DNA of 64,000 nt from Cirrosporium novae-zelandiae (lineage: Eukaryota), in NCBI GenBank assembly GCA_026023565.1, contig JAPETS010000020.1:62001-126000 (forward strand), given 5' to 3'. The translations under genes and the position numbers were made by a program. Each line of letters starts with the position of its first letter. Position 1 is the first letter of the stretch. Below the pieces are notes generated by a model, which had not been told where the DNA came from, ran no database searches, and saw only the letters and a program-made list of their open reading frames with translations. Positions 61,595 to 64,000 of this stretch are shown here, in pieces.

Positions 61595-62994
61595 ATGTAT
61601 TAATAGCATGAGCTATCTCGCTATTAATTATAAGGGGAATAGCTAAAGAACATATTAAAAGTAAAGTTGATTCAATTCCTCTCCTTCGTAGCTACACTAA
61701 TCGTTCCCCCAAGAGTGTTCGCAGACAACGCCAACTAATGTTCAGGGGTCTATGACATCCTAAAATAGACTGGGATAGATCAATGTAACTAGAACCATAA
61801 GATCCTTCACCTAGTCCCGGTTAACACCCATCTCTATGCTTGACAAGGAACACCGAACCGGCCTGGTAGTCTCTTGTTTTCGTGTAAGTCGGGGATAAAG
61901 GTAGCGTGGTCCAAGGTTGCTGCATTGCGGGATTGTTTGGTGAGGATGGTACTGGTAGCCTTGTGAGGTGTAGTACTGTAAAGTAGAGGAAATATAAAAT
62001 ATGGAGCGCTTTGGTGGGGGCTGGTGTAGAGAGTGTATTCGATAAAGACTGTTGGATTCTAGAAATCGGTTTCGAGCGGTTTTGAGGGCGGGCATTGGGA
62101 AATGATGTACGCTGAGCGAGTGGCCTTAGTTGGGTTTCGAGTGAAAGTCCTTGGAGACATGAGTAAGATGACTTGTAGCTCTTATAATTGATATATACTG
62201 ACCTTCTTCGATTGCATATAGACCGTCTCAGCGACAATCTCTATCAAACAATGTTTCCAGGTTGGTTGTCGTTACGGCGTACAGGCTTTTGCGAGTGCAA
62301 CATCTGCCCAAAGCCTGCGATTCCCGCAGCGATGATAGCACAGAAGGCAACGATTAGAATGGTGACGGTGGTCGACATTTGAATAGAAAAGATTCTAGAA
62401 ACGAGCTTAGAAATAAAAGAGAGTGTGTTTTGTATAAGGTCAATGGGAAAAAAGAAAGAAAGAAAAGAGGCCTAGAATCTATATATATATTCATGTCGAA
62501 GAGGGGTATACAACTCCAAGTGCTATAACATTTCTGTCAGAATCAATGAAATAGATGCCGCCAAGAAATACTAATATTCAACGCTTATATTGTAGACCTT
62601 CATGGGTTTATCGCAATGGTACTCCATAGGATCTCGATAGGATCCGAGATTTTCTAAACTAGGAAATACTTATGAGAAAGGTCGAAATTTGAAGCTAAGG
62701 ACATTGCTAAGAGAAGAAATATATTTTCGCCTTGGTGAAAACATCCATGTTGGTGATCACGCTAAAACTCGGCTTCTAATACATGTGATTGGTTAGCATG
62801 AATTTATAGCTACCCCTATTTTGGGTACTGACCCGTCAATAACTGCACGATGAATTTAAACATAGACACTGTACTCTTTTTATATCGTACTCGGGTTCGC
62901 ATTCAATTCTTATCCGACAATATAACAACCATCAACATTGTACCTCAGGTTTTATTAGTTTAGTAGTGTGCTATCAACTTGATAGTATCAAGAG

Positions 62995-64000
62995 ATGTCC
63001 ACAACACGTCGACATCCCAAGAGTCGAACAGGGTGCTTTCAATGCAAGCAACGGAAGGTGAAGGTATGGAAATAGCATTTCTTCGTGTCGATTTATTTCA
63101 ATCATAAAGCTTCCGTGTGGCGTTTGGGAGCGTACCAGTATTGAATCTCCCTATTGTGAACCTGTACATCTGAGCCGTCTTCATCGGGTTTATGTCCCGC
63201 AGTTTCACCCTATCTCATTTATCCTTATGCACCCCTTCCTTGTACTGTACAATGGATCTCGTATTGTCGTTGGTATTGCAGCTTTAGCGCAGATGTGTTA
63301 CCAAGATAGAACAAATTCTCTTGCTAACAGAACCGCACTTAAAGTGTGATGAACACAAGCCGTCTTGCGCTAATTGCGTCCGACACAAATCTTCCTGCTC
63401 TTACCTCCAACACATTCCCTTAACCCCGAGGCGAAGACATGGCAATCGCCGGATACTACCGACGCCCTCAAATGCCCCCAAAAGCATTCAGTTATCTCAG
63501 AACCTTCGGCAAACTCCCACCAGAGGATTTGATTCCCTCCCATTTCAGTTCACCACCCTCGACCTCGAATTATTCCACTTCTACATCAGCAAAACTAGCA
63601 ATGAGCTTCTGGGCTACCACCTAACAGGAACACACATCTGGCAAACAGGAGTTGTGACATTGTCGCTAAAACATATATTCCTTCTCCATGAACTCTTCTC
63701 TCTCGCAGCTCTCCACCTTGCGTTTGTCAATGCTTCCAACCCCGTACTCAACCAGAAATATCGTAACGCTGCAATATTTTACTATACCAAGTCTATAGCC
63801 CAATTGCGGTACGAAATCGAAAATATCACCCGCGAGAACTACGAAGCTTGCTGTTTCTGCTCGGTTCTCCTCGGTCTTCATGCCTGGATGATCCAGGATG
63901 GACGGGGCGCCAATTTGTTCTTTTGTACAGAGGAAAAGAGTGATCGAGGACTGGGAGCTAGAATTCCTTGGTATAAGCTTCATCGGGGTGCTAATGAGGT
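62995..64000 (+). CDS. Zn(II)2Cys6 transcription factor (Upc2-like clade), truncated by the window end
   Basis: MSTTRRHPKSRTGCFQCKQRKVK, intron 63064-63344, then CDEHKPSCANCVRHKSSCSY and DLELFHFY..IWQ..FLLHELFSLAALHLA. The frame stays open to 64000. Confidence 0.9.

Overview
Intron-rich filamentous ascomycete (Pezizomycotina-like) chromosomal window, annotated by eye without database searches. Genes that look intact: RfeG-like transcription factor, peroxisomal ABCD half-transporter (Pxa2), dynactin p150, alpha-aminoadipate reductase (Lys2), an unknown type II membrane protein, a stand-alone RapZ C-terminal-domain protein, centrin (Cdc31), fructose-1,6-bisphosphatase, a ~1380-aa unknown protein, a PDR/ABCG transporter divergent from an AtrR-like Zn2Cys6 factor, a secreted GH92 mannosidase, an MpaB/Lcp-like (DUF2236) oxygenase and a Zn2Cys6 factor cut by the window end. 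Not visible in the ORF track: a spliced non-coding host gene with six intronic box C/D snoRNAs (snR78/72 double guide, snR77, 76, 75, 74, 73), an intron-containing tRNA-Gln(UUG), a TA-flanked Tc1/mariner-type MITE with a nested 120-bp solo LTR, two pseudogenes with RIP-like transitions (SRPK-like kinase, DUF1295) and a probable alternative last exon of the RfeG-like gene. The fungal RapZ-CTD protein is the best candidate for an uncharacterised function.
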